NCBI RefSeq assembly: GCF_001194135.2
Contig: NC_068987.1
Location: 19,343,405 to 19,407,404, forward strand
Origin: Octopus bimaculoides
Taxonomy: Eukaryota
Reading direction: 5' to 3'
Length of the DNA: 64,000 nt
The notes beneath the pieces were generated by a model, which was given only the letters and a program-made list of their open reading frames with translations, was not told the origin of the DNA and did no database searches. Below are positions 62,213-64,000 of the stretch, piece by piece (position 1 is the stretch's first letter; each line of letters begins with the position of its first letter). Made by a program: the position numbers and the translations under genes.

Positions 62213-62400
62213 AATAGGAAGAATTTGGAGCATGTGAAGAGTAAAGGTCATGTCTATAATACTTGGCATGTTGGGAACAGTAAGCAAAGATATAGACAAA
62301 TGGCTGAAGGATTATCAGGAGAGTTGTAGCACTTGAAAGTCTGCTGAAAACTTGTGGATACCTAAGGCTACAGGTAGTAGCCTGATACCCACATAAATCC
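62213..62400 (+). mobile_element. 3' fragment of an RLE-endonuclease (R2/R4/NeSL-type) non-LTR element
   Basis: IGRIWSM*RVKVMSIILGMLGTVSKDIDKWLK resembles the EI.RLW....V.P.IIGALG.V.K.L..WL C-terminal motif. Confidence 0.55.
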
Positions 62401-62447
62401 TACCAGGAATAAGACCGAACTTGAGCCAAACCAAAATAATAACAGTC

Positions 62448-62672
62448 GCCAGTACCGCCTGACTGGCCTTCGTGCCGGTGGCACGTAAAAGCACCCACTA
62501 CACTCTTGGAGTGGTTGGCGTTAGGAAGGGCATCCAGCTGTAGAAACTCTGCCAAATCAGATTGGAGCCTGGTGTCGCCTCCTGGTCCACCAGTCCTCAG
62601 TCAAATCGTCAACCCATGCTAGCATGGAAAGCGGACGTTAAACGACTATGATGATGATGATGATGATGATGA
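62448..62672 (+). mobile_element. RTE 3'-UTR tail unit
   Basis: Matches the tail consensus, ends in (GAT)n. Confidence 0.85.
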
Positions 62673-63855
62673 ATAGTTTCAAACTTTGACCACGGTGCTT
62701 GACTAGTACTTATTTCAATGATTCTGAGAGGATGAAAGGTAAAGTTGACCTCAGTGATATATGAACTCAGAACATAAAGAGCCAGAAGAGATGTCATTAA
62801 GCATTTTGTCCATTGCACTAACACATCTATCAGTAGCAGCAGCAGGCAGTAGTCCTTTCTACTTTAGGCACAAGGCCTGAACTTTTAGGCAAGCGGAGTA
62901 AGTCGATTACATTGAGCCCCTCTATCTTATTGACCTTGAAAGAGTGAGAGATACAGTCAACCCTGGCAGAATTTGAACCCAGAACATGAAAATGGATGAA
63001 ATGCTGCTGAACATTTCATCCAACATTCTAATGACTGCCAATAGCAATAAGATCAACAGTAATGACAAATAGTCTGTATCTCATCCGTTTGGTAAACAAA
63101 GAGTCATGGGGAAATGTTTTACAGGATTTGTATTTCCTGCTCTCTGAAACTGAGTTAATTGTATCAGTTAAACGAGTGCATGGGTAATGATTCAACTAGC
63201 TCTGGCCAGTCTTATCTAAACACACACACACACACACACATATAATTACACTAACTACACACACAAACCGTTATTAATATTCAAAGAGCTTGACACAACA
63301 CAAAATTTACAATTGCACACATGTAAACCATCACAGAGACCCTACTAGAACCAACACTTGCGATATGACTGTGTATATATACATATATGGTAGCATGCAT
63401 GCGTACAGAGTCGTTCTACCAGCACAGAATCAATTGTACATACAATTACTCAACTGCTTGAATGGACACTAATGCCTACTAATAACACAGTTATACAGTA
63501 TAACATGAGTATATGCACTAAGAAAACACATGAATGCACACACACACACAAATATGTATGCATGTATACACACACACACACACACATAAATATGTATATA
63601 CAGACATACACAAGCAAATATCTTTTATCTTTTTCTTGTTTCGGTCGTTAGACTGCAACCATGCTGGTACATCACCTTGAAGAATTTTCATTGAATGAAT
63701 GGACACTATTACTTATTTTAAACACACACACACATATAAAGAACAAATTATAAAGCAATAGAGACAATCCTATACAGGAACCGTCTCAGTGCATGTTTGC
63801 TATTCACACATACAGAGATAATTGAGTAAATACAATGAAAACACCAACATACACA

Positions 63856-63862
63856 CAAATAT

Positions 63863-63893
<31 letters not shown>

Positions 63894-63934
63894 TACATAT
63901 ATGTATATATATACATATATATATACATATATGG

Positions 63935-63979
<45 letters not shown>

Positions 63980-64000
63980 TGGATATATATACATATATAT
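63856..64000. repeat. Compound (TA)n/(CATA) microsatellite
   Basis: Directly visible. Confidence 0.95.

Overview
AT-rich, repeat-dense animal genomic DNA with 11 N-gaps. The repeat landscape suggests an octopus-like cephalopod (inference). Three protein-coding genes were supported by hand-checked splice sites and phases, all on the minus strand. (1) RPF1, a Brix-family ribosome biogenesis factor with a single coding exon (8480-9430, 316 aa). (2) A two-exon, 402-aa extended/atypical SDR (NAD(P)-dependent epimerase/dehydratase-like; 20536-20283 + 14109-13155). It carries an N-terminal signal-peptide-like segment and a C-terminal KEEL, so it is probably ER-lumenal. (3) ANKLE2: ten phase-consistent exons from 45186 to 30499, at least 707 aa; the start exon was not found. 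The rest consists of several tRNA-headed SINE families, LINE remnants (RTE, Penelope-like, RLE-type) and DNA transposon relics (mariner DD34D, hAT, Sola-like, piggyBac-like and hAT MITEs). There are also microsatellites and several perfect or near-perfect hairpins inside ANKLE2 introns. No rRNA, true tRNA gene or CRISPR array was seen. Most entries in the ORF track are spurious (microsatellites, N-gaps, SINEs).
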